Positions 1 through 10,790 of a stretch of 64,000 nt of DNA are shown here, piece after piece. Every line of letters begins with the position of its first letter. Position 1 is the first letter of the stretch. The DNA comes from Leucoraja erinacea. Lineage: Eukaryota. The stretch lies in NCBI RefSeq assembly GCF_028641065.1, contig NC_073388.1, forward strand, positions 26,288,001-26,352,000. The letters are read 5' to 3'. Both the position numbers and the translations under genes were made by a program. The notes under the pieces are model-generated. The model saw only the letters and a list, made by a program, of their open reading frames with translations. It was not told the DNA's origin and ran no database searches.

Positions 1-159
1 CGTACGGTTATCGCAAGAGGTTCCCACGATGTTCAACTCTGGTTAACTCTTGCGTCAAGTCACCCCGTGAGAAAGGGGTTTGAAAGACCGAACTCTGTAA
101 TCTTCCATTAATGCACATAACTACTGCACCATCAAAGGGAACTACAGGAAGTGCTGCCA

Positions 160-535
160 CAAAAAGGTAGTTAATATTGTTGGGCCCACACCACCCTGGC
201 CACACTCTCATCTTACTATCACTGTCATGAAGAAAAGATAGAGTCTGAGAACTATGACCTCCAGGTTCAAGAACAGCTTCTTCCCAATAATCATCAGGCT
301 TTTGAACTGTACAACCCTGACCACAACCGTAGCACAACAATCTACTAAGGACATAATTTTGGTTTTGCAAATGGTCTGGTGACCTAGTATTACTAATTGA
401 TTTATTTAGTAATTTATTTATTATTGATTGTTATATACTTATTGTGTAAATGGGCCTGTAAAGCTGCAGCAAGTTAGAATTTTATTGTTCCATTCCTGGT
501 ACATATGACATATAAACACACTTGACACTTGATTC
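160..535 (+). mobile_element. Rex1/Babar-type LINE 3' fragment (decayed)
   Basis: Degenerate C-terminal motif (..PHHPGHTL..LLS...RSLRTMTSRFKNSFFP) typical of Rex-Babar ORF2, followed by an AT-rich 3'UTR and a (CACTTGA)-like tail. Boundaries approximate. Confidence 0.65.
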
Positions 536-3350
536 TTCATGCTGTTGCTTTGATTACACCACTTGCATGGCAAAGCATTTACTTATTGAGGATGTAATTG
601 AGAGAAGGTTAAACAGAGTAAATTTATTGTTAAATGTTGCATCTTTGTAGATAAAAACAGTATTTGGTTGATGGATTTGAGTGCATGGGCTGAATCCTCA
701 TTCCCTACCTTGACATTCCCTGACAATCTTTCTGCTATCAAATGTATCACCACCACTCCTGTGGCAACTTCAGCACACTGGAACCCTACATATACCAAAA
801 GTGAAAGCCTCTTAAATAAGGAAGAGCACCATCTAGTGAGCGGAAGGATACTCAGTAATAATAATACAAACTATACGTATGCATGTATCTTGTACCTGTT
901 GTAGAATCTCACCACAGATAATAAATTTATGATATTTGTATTGAATTTTGGGTCAGTTGAATGGTGATATTATGATAATTTTAAATTCCAGTTCTTTACT
1001 AATTGTTTCTATTGTCTTGCAGATAGACCATACATGAAAACATCCATCCTGTATTGAGAGGCGTTTTATACCAAACTGAACCATGTAATGACAACATTTC
1101 CACACTCCAATGAAACCAAGTCTGGGTACAGCAAATACTTCAAGCCATTTTCAGTCGAAGCAACCTCTGTTCATGCATTTTAAAAAGGAAAACAAATAAC
1201 CACGCACATTGTGGTGGATTAGTACTGTAGCATCATCTGTGCTGCAGATAAAGTTGCCAATGTGGTGAAGTTTTTATACTATAGTTGCTGCACCAGAACA
1301 TTTTACCTGTTAAAAGCCATGCCTTGTTGGTTAAAACATCGTGTGCCATGTTAATTTAAAGCACACCAACAGCCAACACAAACAGAAGAGACATTGCAGA
1401 TTGGTGAATTTACGGCACATCAGGCTTGATACAAGGCTGTGAAGAACAATTAGCCCAGAAGCAGCTGAAGAGCTTTGTAATTAATGGCTGAAGAAATCCT
1501 GCAACAAAACTGTTCATTGTAATTATTAATAAAGCTTTCTCTGTTAAAACTGGTCTATTTAAAAAAAAAGGGCCCCATTTAGAAATAAAATGTGGAAAAA
1601 GCAGCAAAGTTTTGCTGAATAATGGTGCCCTTCAGTTTTGTGATCCATCTGCAAGAAAAGCATTGATTTGTCATTAACATCTTTTACACTCCACTCAAAT
1701 ATTGGGGAAGGAAGTGAGATATATGCAGTAGAATATTAGGAAATGAAATCTTTTTAAATGGTTAGTTGCTCGTATAAGCTACCATAATTTTGTTCAAAAT
1801 ATTTAGTTTAAATTTCAACTCTGACCAGTAAAAAGGAATGTTGACTAGTAAAGATACCATGTTAATAGAACTTTCAGTTTGTCTTTTGTCTTTGCAGAGC
1901 TGTTCACAAAACATTGACCCTGCTGTTCAATTCAAATTGACAGTAAAATTGGTGCTGATGTTAGTTATTGTTTATAGCTTTGTAGTGGAGTATATATACC
2001 ACAAGCTCACTGCATATCACGTGCAGACATTGTTAAAGGAAGATTATACACAATGCAGCACTGTAAAAATCTCAGTGGCAAATGGCTTATGTCTGCACTC
2101 TGTTCCAAATAGGAACTTGTTCCAATGTAATCATCACTTTAAGTGAAGAAATGAATTGTAAATAACTGGAAGTAAATTAAGAGTCTTCTGTTGGGTAGCG
2201 CAGATCATTTATATTTTTGCTTCAGTTAACTGCCTTATTAATGATTTATAGATGTGTATGCAGCTGGAAAAACAGCTGAGTTACACTCCCTATCTCACAC
2301 TTAAGGAAAATTATACACATGAAATCCTCGACATAAAATTTTATAAGAATGAACAAGGATGCGTGGCAACATTTCATAGCAGTTCGTAACAATTTGCTGA
2401 TGGAACCCGTACAATTAACAATCAGCCGAATAAACAGTCAGTCCCTTTTATAGACAAAGAGTTATTATGGTGACAGCATGGTAGAAAATACATTATATGA
2501 AGCATAATATCTGGAGGATAAAAAAAAAACAGGTCATGAGTTATGTTCGTATCTGTTCCATGCAATGGTACAGCTTGCCTTTTGTTAGTAATCAGTGTTT
2601 TCACATGAAGCCAGTTCACTAATTTTACCATCAAATGAAAAGACTAAACTCCTTTGGTGTAAATTAGTTATCTGTCTCTTCTCTTGGACCTGGAGTGTAA
2701 AGCATAAGCCATTAATAAATGGTACTTTTTATTAAGTAACCATTTCAGCAATTCAACTTAAATTATGTTGGTAATAGGTAAAAGTAAAAATAAATTCAAT
2801 TAGTTCTTTGGTGATAGTTGCGCTAAAGAGCTTCACTCTAGCTCTCGCAAGATATAATGCCACCAAAAGGATAATCTGAGTTAATTTCAGTGCTTATGTA
2901 AAACTACCAGCAACCCTTCAGAAATATTTGATAACCTTCACACTTCAACAACTAGAGATGTCATTTAAAATGCTGCAGGGAGCACATAATATTTAACTTT
3001 GAGCTTCTGAATGTTGAGCTACATTGTTTTTGTAATTACATCATTTCATTCCAATGTCAGAAAACAATGACAATACACATCAGGAACATCTTTTTTGTAA
3101 AAACAGTTGCTGTTACTTCAACTAAAACACAAATCCCCTTCCTGTACTTATGACATTGTTTTGTTTCTGAATCATTTCCTTTCATATGGCTTTACTCTTA
3201 AATATGGCTAGCTGATTTTGTTTCATTCTTATGATAAGTTTAATCACCATGTGTTTTCATGATCAAATATATGAAATTCCATGTTTGACTTTGGATGCAT
3301 CGTGGCAGTAGGGTTCATATTGAGGGTAAGAATGCACTCCATAGGCAAAT

Positions 3351-3510
3351 CTTCTTCTTATCGAGTCCACACACAAGAGTAGAAGTGGTTCAGCCAGAGC
3401 GGAACACACTTCTCGGCATCTGCATACAATGGTGTCTGTCTTGTGCGTGGTGGTGGTGGAGAGATTGGTGAAAACAGGGCCGCGAAGTGAACGCTCTTTC
3501 CTTTACCCCA
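3351..3510 (-). mobile_element. 160-bp short retroposon (Vingi/Ingi-like non-autonomous element) with 10-bp TSD
   Basis: ATAGGCAAAT is repeated exactly at 3341-3350 and 3511-3520. On the minus strand the insert begins TGGGGTAAAGGAAAGAGC and ends GACTCGATAAGAAGAAG (an AAG tail). The family call is inference. Confidence 0.7.
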
Positions 3511-6500
3511 ATAGGCAAATTATACAACTTATGTTACGTCAACAATATAAAATGAACAATTCAAAATATTCCCATTATTCCCTCATTGTTTCATTGTATT
3601 AGACTTTTAGCCATTATTGTACGACAGGACCTTAATAACTTTTAAAGTCCATTATATATACTGCCATCCCAGATCGAGCTGGCAACGAGAACCCACGTCA
3701 TTATGAAATACAGAAGGTTCCTGGATAATGTTCAGTGTTTCCACATATAATGCTAAAGGGAATCCAAGTTGATTGTGGACTCATAAGAAGTCAAAAATCA
3801 GTTCATTTTAGGGTCAATTTTAAATAGTTTCAGTTTCAGGAATAAAATTATAAAATGTGAGCAGTAGTCATTTTTCATTAAAATTATTGAATTTATTGTG
3901 ATTGATTATGGATGTAAGATAAAAAACACACCAAGGCAAATTGAATTTGCTAAATGTAATTGAATATAAAGAGAATGCAATAGCTGCTGTCTATGTAAAG
4001 CATGACCTGTGTTTTGTAGGACCAGCCAATGTTACTGTTGGTGATTACAGCAGATAAATCAAACCTAACTATATTGGCATGTGTCAATATCTGGGGTATA
4101 ATATCACTAGAGATGACTTAAGTTCTGAAAAGTTAAGCCAGCAGTTGCTTTCTCTTGAAATACACAAATTGCATTGATAATTCCAATTATGTGACGGAAC
4201 CTACCAGACCTGGAATCTTTTTCACCCCATGTCAAGCAGAGATATACTGTTTCTAATATTTTCCTTGGGTGATGAGAACACGCGGATAAACAAACTCAAT
4301 TTATGATGACCTTCATCTGGTAAAGAGATTTCACACACAGCAAAGGAAACGATTTTATTTAATTACAGTTGCTGGTGTTTTACATCTTCTTATAAACTGT
4401 AAAATTCAAGCAGCAAACAAGCAACACCTGCTTTTATTTTGCTCTGACACAAATTACAAGCTTGTCAACAAATGGACCTTTGCATCACACATTAATGGAA
4501 AGGTGTCATTCACAAAGAAATGTGTTTAATTATCAGCGTGTTTGGGCATCGTGTTACTTAACTCTGACTGGTTGGTGTTGGCTCAACTGCAAACTATTTG
4601 TTAGACTGTGAGTTCAGCATGCTGCTCTGGTCAATGAATTGCTGAAAACTTATTTTTCTCATTTTACTGAAGTGTTTATTGAACTACATGCGTTCCATTC
4701 AGAAACTGCTACTGTTTTATATGAAAAACAGGAGTAAAAGATAGTTAGGGTTAATGGCAGCTGGAGCCAAGTCTATTTGAAGCTGGAAAAAGCATCTATG
4801 TTCATTTAAATTTAATTAATCCAGATTTTCAATGGGCTCTGTTGAGAGGTTACTCTAAAGTGATCATTTAAAAAGCAAAAATGAGCTTTATGTGAATGAC
4901 AAACAATCTCTTGTTAATCTTGTAAGTAAATTGAAAATAGCCATTATAATTGTCGCTATTTTTTGCCCCCTCTGTGCTTCATTAGTAATATTAGCACATT
5001 TGTTTACTTACCTCCAAATATCATTTTCCATCAATTTTAAGATTTAAAATATGATATTTTATTTTGATAATTTTTGACAGACTATCATCACAGGAGCACA
5101 ACCTTGATCAAACATTCTGTTTCGTTAAATATTTTACACTTAATAAAGTTGATCAATAATTAGACATGAAAAATTAATCAGAATATTTACTCCCATCAAA
5201 AACAGACTTTTCCATATTTCTGCGGTTTTATATCCAGCATATCAACTATTAACGGTTTTATATCCAGCATAACGTATATGCAAATGGTGCAACTTGGACA
5301 CTGATGTCAGTAATATTAACACAAATAGATGAAAGAAAAATTTGATTTGCTGATGCTCCTTTCAACAAAATGGAAGGGTTGCTTTTTTCTAACAGAACTT
5401 CAATTTCTATTTTACTTTAACAAATCGACCATTCACAACAGCTGCTTCGAATTTGCATTTGTTTTTAAAGGAGAACAGTATTCTAATGAATTGCCGTAAA
5501 ATTTACCAATAATATAAAAGGAGGGTAAGTACATTTTCAGGAACCTATTGTTGCCATATGGTGTGTTTTTGAGCAGCTGCTTAGAGACAGCCTGGAAGCA
5601 AACATGTTGGGGTTATTTTCACCCGACAAACCAGGCGGGCCCGCCCTATTGATTTAATGGAGATGGGATGAGGCATAGACTGTCGATCCATTCTGAGAAT
5701 CAGATGAGTTTGTTGTTGGAAGCTCTTAAAAAATGTGAATTACCGTGTTTTAACACAGTTTAATCCACATTCTTTGAGTTGTCCTGGCTTTGGCAAGCAG
5801 ACAGGAAGGGGAGGGATGTATACTGCTACCTGTGGACTGGGAAGAGGAAAAATAGCCCCTCCAGGTCCCAGAAGCAAACCTGTCACCATCTTCACTGCTT
5901 CCATGGTCTATATTGTTAACCCCCCTCCCCCAATCGCTGATTCCTTTCAGTCAGTGAAACACCCTGGTAACTATAAAATACCCAAGTATTGAAATTTCCA
6001 ATCATTTATTGATGTTACTATCACTGACCCTTTATGAAATTGTATCTGAATTCTGCAATTTGGAATTTTGTCTCTCGTTCTCCCACCTCTGTCCTTCTGA
6101 ATTCCATTTGGTTTCTTCCCATCACTGCAGACTTCAACAAAACAATATTCAACCTTGATCTTCCCATTGATGCTGCACCCACTATCGCACCATCAGCTCT
6201 CTCCTCCAAACCATCATACACGGAGGGATTCCTTCCAGCTCACAAAACCAAAATTTTGCTTAAACATTTCTGCACTCACCTGTTAGCCTCTCCATCCAGA
6301 TGTGCATTTTTGTAGTAGGGAGCCCAAGAGGTTAGAAAGGCCTGTCCCTCATTGATGAGCTACTGTGAGTGACTCTTTCATCCTGACCCTGCAAATACTT
6401 CTCACTCTCGGTTCAATTAAGGGCTGGACTTCCTTCCATGATTGCTAATTGCAGAGGGTATTACTGCACTCTCACCCCACTATTTATGGTCCTTTGTTAT

Positions 6501-6511
6501 TGATCTCAAAA

Positions 6512-7585
6512 TGCTATGAGAATGCAGGGTGACTTGGAGAGGTTGGGCGAGTGGGCAGATGCATGGCAGATGCAGTTTAAATTGGATAAATGTGAGGTTA
6601 TCCACTTTGGTAGCAAAAACAGGAAGCTAGATTACTATCTAAATGGTGTCAAGTTGGGAAAAGGGAAAGTACAACGGGATCTGGGGGTCCTTGTACATCA
6701 GTCAATTAAAGTAAGCATGCAGGTACAGCAGGCAGTGAAGAAAGCAAATGGCATGTTGGCCTTCATAACAAGAGGAGTTGAGTATAGGAGCAAAGAGGTC
6801 CTTCTGCAGTTATACAGGGCCCTAGTGAGACCACACCTGGAGTGTGCAGTTTTGGTCTCCAAATTTGAGGAAGGACATTCTTGCTATTGAAATAGTACAG
6901 CGTAGGTTCACAAGGTTAAATTCCCAAATTCAAGTTCAAGTGAGTTTATTGTCATGTGTCCCTGTATAGGACAATTAAATTCTTGCTTTGCTCCAGCACA
7001 CAACATTGTAGGCATTTACTACAAAACAGATAAGTGTGTCCATATACCATAATATAAATATATACACACATGAATACATAAACTGATAAACTGCAAATAA
7101 CAGATAATGGGTTAATAATAATAATAATCCCGGGATGGCAGCACTGTCACATGCTGAGAGAATGGAGCGGCTGGGCTTGTACACTCTGGAATTTAGAAGG
7201 ATCAAGGGGCATCTTTTTGAAATATAAGATTATTAAGGGTTTGGACACACTGGAGGCAGGAAACATGTTCCAGATGTTGGGGGAATCCAGAAACAGGGTC
7301 ACAGTTTAAGAATAAGGGGTAAGCCTTTAGAACAGAGATGAGGAAACACTTTTTCACACAGAGAGTGTGAGTCTGTGGAATTCTCTGCCTCAGAGGGCGG
7401 TGGAGGCCGGTTCTCTCGAAACTTTCAAGAGAGAGCTAGATAGGCCTCTTGAAGATAGCGGAGTCAGGGTATATGGGGAGAAGGCAAGAACGGGGTACTG
7501 ATTGTGGATGATTAGCCATGATCACATTGAATGGCGGTGCTGGCTTGAAGCGCCATATGGCCTACTCCTGCACCTATTGTCTATA
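6512..7585 (+). mobile_element. CR1 LINE 3' fragment (ORF2 C-terminus + 3'UTR), interrupted
   Basis: ORF 6516-6890 has CR1 motifs WQMQF..DKCEVIHFG, RDLGVLV, LYRALVRPHLE. The 3'UTR ends GGCCTACTCCTGCACCTATTGTCTA. Frameshifted, with an insertion at about 6926-7126. Confidence 0.9.
6926..7126 (-). mobile_element. non-LTR retroposon 3' tail (Rex/RTE-like) inserted antisense into CR1
   Basis: The CR1 sequence AGGTTAATTCCC|GGGATGG is split with an imperfect duplication (..AATTCCC / ..AATCCC). The minus strand reads AATAAA followed by a (CTTGAA)n tail. Confidence 0.6.
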
Positions 7586-7599
7586 GTCAGTTTGAATCA

Positions 7600-8110
7600 A
7601 TAAAACATAGAACAGTACAGCCCACAATATTTGCGCTGAACATGATGCCAAGTTAAACTGGTCTCTTCTGCCTGTACATGATCTGTATCCCTCTATTCCC
7701 AGCATTTTAATGTGCCTATTTAAAAAGTCTCTTAAACATCACCATCATAATTGGCTCCACCACCAACCCTGGCAATGTTTTCCTGGCCTCCTCCACTTTC
7801 TGTGTAAAAAACATGCCCCACACATTTCCATTAAACTTTCCCACTCTCACATTATAACCATGGCCTCCACCAAGGGGAAAAAAATTAATTGCCTAACCTA
7901 TCTTTGCCTCTCATAATTTTATATACTTTGTTCCAGAGAAAAAACAATTCACATTTATCCAACCTCTCTTTGTAGCTGAAACCCTCTAATTGAGGCAGCA
8001 TTCTGGTAAACCTCCTGGATGCGTTGGCCTCCACATCGTCCTGTAATGGGACAACCAGAACTGCATGCAATAAACAAAATTCAGCCTGACCAATGCCTTC
8101 CAGGGCTGCA
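7600..8110 (-). mobile_element. decayed CR1 3' fragment
   Basis: Minus ORF 7885-8214 contains RRFTRMLPQLEGFSYKERLDK, a CR1 ORF2 C-terminal motif. Confidence 0.75.
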
Positions 8111-8174
8111 TTGAGCTGATTGATTGAAAGATACAGCATGGCTCTACCGCCCACCAAATCCATGCTGAACATCG

Positions 8175-8460
8175 ATCTAGGACTAGAGGTCATAGTCTCA
8201 GAATTAAAGGGCATTCTTTTAGGAAGGAAATTTCTTTAGTCAGAGCGTGGTGAATTTGGAATTATTTGCCACAGAAAGTTGTGGAGGCCAAGTCAGTGTA
8301 TATCTTTAAATCAGGGATAGATAGATTCTTGATTAGTACAGGTGTCAGAGGTTATGGGCAGAAGGCAGGAGAATGGGGTAAGGAGGGAGAGATATATCAA
8401 CCATGGTGGAGGAGACTTGATGGGCCGTGGCCTAATTCTACTCCTATTCCTTATGATCAT
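8175..8460 (+). mobile_element. CR1 3' fragment
   Basis: LPQKVVEAKS..IFK..IDRFL...GVRGYG motif, followed by GGCCTAATTCTACTCCTAT. Confidence 0.75.
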
Positions 8461-8700
8461 CCATTAACGCTATCTGTGTTATCCCACGTTTGCATCCACT
8501 TGCACACATGCAAGAGGTAATTTACAGTGGCCAATTAACTGACAAACCCACACGTCTTTGGGATATGAGAGGAATCAGGACCATCCAGAGAAATCCCAAG
8601 TGGCCACAGAGAATATGCCAACTCCACATGGACGGCACCCAAAGTCAGTATTGAACCTGCGTCGCTGGTGCTGTGAGGCAGCAGCTCTGTCAGCTGCACT
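8460..8700 (-). mobile_element. tRNA-derived HE1/V-SINE-like SINE, decayed
   Basis: Reverse-complement similarity to the SINE at 32531-32850 (GCTGTGAGGCAGCAGCTCT head, CCAATTAAC..CAAACCCACACGTCTTTGG body). Confidence 0.65.
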
Positions 8701-8789
8701 TTTTAAGCTGAATATGCACTCTCTGACAGTATTGTCATATATCTGCATTTCAGCTTTATGTTGCTGTTAATTAGAACTGGTTTGTTGGC

Positions 8790-9930
8790 CCAATAAGTTG
8801 AGGAACCAATTAGGGAGTAGGATTTTTTTTAGATTTGGTATTACATTGAGAGACAGGATTAATTAACAATCTTTTGGTAAAGGATCTCCCAGGAAAGAAT
8901 GATCGGAGCATGGTAGAATTTCAAATGCAGTTTAAGGGTAAGACATTTGGGTATGAAGGTAAATTTAATGCCTAAATTTCATTAAAGATAATTAATATGG
9001 TACGAAAATAGAATTGGTTAAAGTCGACAGAAAACATAGCTTAAATGGTAAGATAGTAGATCAGCAGTGACAGATATTTAAAGAGATAAGGAAGAAACAC
9101 TTTCCAAAAAAGGTGTACCATTCATAACAAACTAAGGAAGTTAATAGTGGTACACCCTTTATGAAAGAAAAAGCAGGCAAATCAATGAGGATTAGTGGTT
9201 GCTCAAAGGATTTGAGCATTTTAGAAATTAGTGGAGGATGTTTGAGAATATTGTAAAGAGAAAAAAAGAGATAGAGAATGATAATAAATTACCAGACAAA
9301 ATAAAAGCAGACTGTTTAAGAAGGAACTGCAGATGCTGGAAAATCGAAGGTAGACAAAAATGCTGGAGAAACTCAGCGGGTGAGGCAGCATCTATGGAGT
9401 GCAGGAAATAGGCAATGTTTCGGGTCGAAACCCTTCTTCAGACTGTAATAACTTTTACAGCTATGTCTAAATGGAATCGCTAAAGTAAATGTTAATCACT
9501 TATGAATGGGTTAGTAGGAAATTGAAAAAAGACAGAGTTCCAAATAATTATTTTGAATTAATCCTCATGGTAGAAGGCAGTAAAAGATTGCAATGATAGT
9601 AGATAATTAAGGGACTACAGATAGGGAGTAGCTTGAAACAATCACCATTACTAAAGATAAAGTGCTATGCAAACTAATGAGAATGTTAAGGTCCCCTTAA
9701 CCTGATGGCTGCACTCTAGAGCTGTAATGTGAACAGAAAATAGATGTTTTGCTTATAATCTATTAAAATTCCCTTGATCTAGAGATATCCCAGAGGCTTG
9801 GAAAATCACAACCATAATGCCACTGTTTAATAGGGAAGAGAGGCAGAAAGAAGTATAGAAGGGGCCGGTTATTCAAACCCAACGGAAAGATGACAAAATC
9901 TGTTATTAAGGAGGTATTAATAAAAGTTAT
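8790..9930 (+). mobile_element. old CR1 ORF2 fragment (endonuclease end to RT start); resumes at about 16090-16170
   Basis: Degenerate PxRE..LDLVL..ETGLINNLLVKD..GKNDxSMVEF, then GPxxPDG, and IPEAWKITN..PLF. The continuation (QHGF.KxKSCLxN-like) appears at about 16100-16160. Confidence 0.6.
9315..9446 (-). mobile_element. Penelope-like element terminal repeat fragment
   Basis: AAGGAACTGCAGATGCTGGAAAATCGAAGG...GTTTCGGGTCGAAACCCTTCTTCAGACTG is the same repeat that adjoins a Penelope-type C-terminus at 38420-38755. Confidence 0.7.
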
Positions 9931-10230
9931 ATAAATACATATAAAAGTTATTTTATATGTATAATAACTCAGTAGGAGGCTATCTGCAGAGTCTCTTGCC
10001 CAGAGTAGGTGAATCGAGGACCAGAAGACATTGTTTTAAGGTGAAGGTTTCGTGCCTTCCCGGGAGTGTCCAAGGGAGCTGCTCGTGCAGCAGGAGTGTC
10101 CCGTGGTGCCGTGCGGGCCTGATCCACCTGTCGAACAACCGTGGCGCCTACGACCGGAGAGACGACCGGAACGCGCCAGTTAGGCCCGACTCGCCTCACA
10201 GGGGACTGTGGAGAAGCCAGAGGTGAGGCC

Positions 10231-10370
10231 TGTAATGTATTCATGCATATTCATTATATGCTAATGAGTTGGTCTTGTATATAAGTAGGGAATGTTGGGC
10301 AATAAATCTCTCTTGTGATCCAGCCAGCCTGCATGTAAGTTATTGTTTATTCACTGTCCGGAATATAACA
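10231..10370 (+). repeat. 5' LTR (140 bp)
   Basis: TGTAATG...ATAACA, with a TATATAA box and AATAAA. Differs from the 3' LTR by 4 substitutions and 1 indel (counted by eye). Confidence 0.95.
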
Positions 10371-10374
10371 AAAT

Positions 10375-10392
10375 TGGCGACGAGGATGGGAT
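10375..10392 (+). promoter_or_regulatory. primer binding site, tRNA-Ser(GCU)
   Basis: TGGCGACGAGGATGGGAT, 4 nt after the LTR, is the reverse complement of ATCCCATCCTCGTCGCCA, the 3' 18 nt of vertebrate tRNA-Ser(GCU) as I recall it. Confidence 0.88.
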
Positions 10393-10790
10393 AGAGTTTG
10401 TGAACTCATCCTTTAAATACAGTGCAGGACTGTTTTACAACACCCAGGATTGTTTAACAGTTTAAACAGTCAATACGGAGTTGTGTCGCAGTTGTTTGCG
10501 AGCTGGACACGAGAGGCCTGCAGATCCTTCTAGGCAGGGGGCTGTAGTAAAACAGCAGCTGGATAAATTGGCAAGAGTCGTCAGGCTATCTCTATGTTGA
10601 GTCTACGTGGCAAGATGTCGTCCTTGGGAGTGTACAAGATTATTGACTGAGTTTTCTTTGTCGAATTCCTCAAGATTAATAGTCTTTGCACAGCGAAGTT
10701 TTAGGTGAATAGTTACACCAGAACAGACAGGAATTTGGGGTTTTGAACGGACCTTTTATTTAATTTTTTTTTTAAAAAGAGAACGACACG

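Noticed and set aside
5223-5271. ~20-bp direct repeat CGGTTTT(T)ATATCCAGCATA
   Set aside because: A simple local tandem duplication with no further structure.
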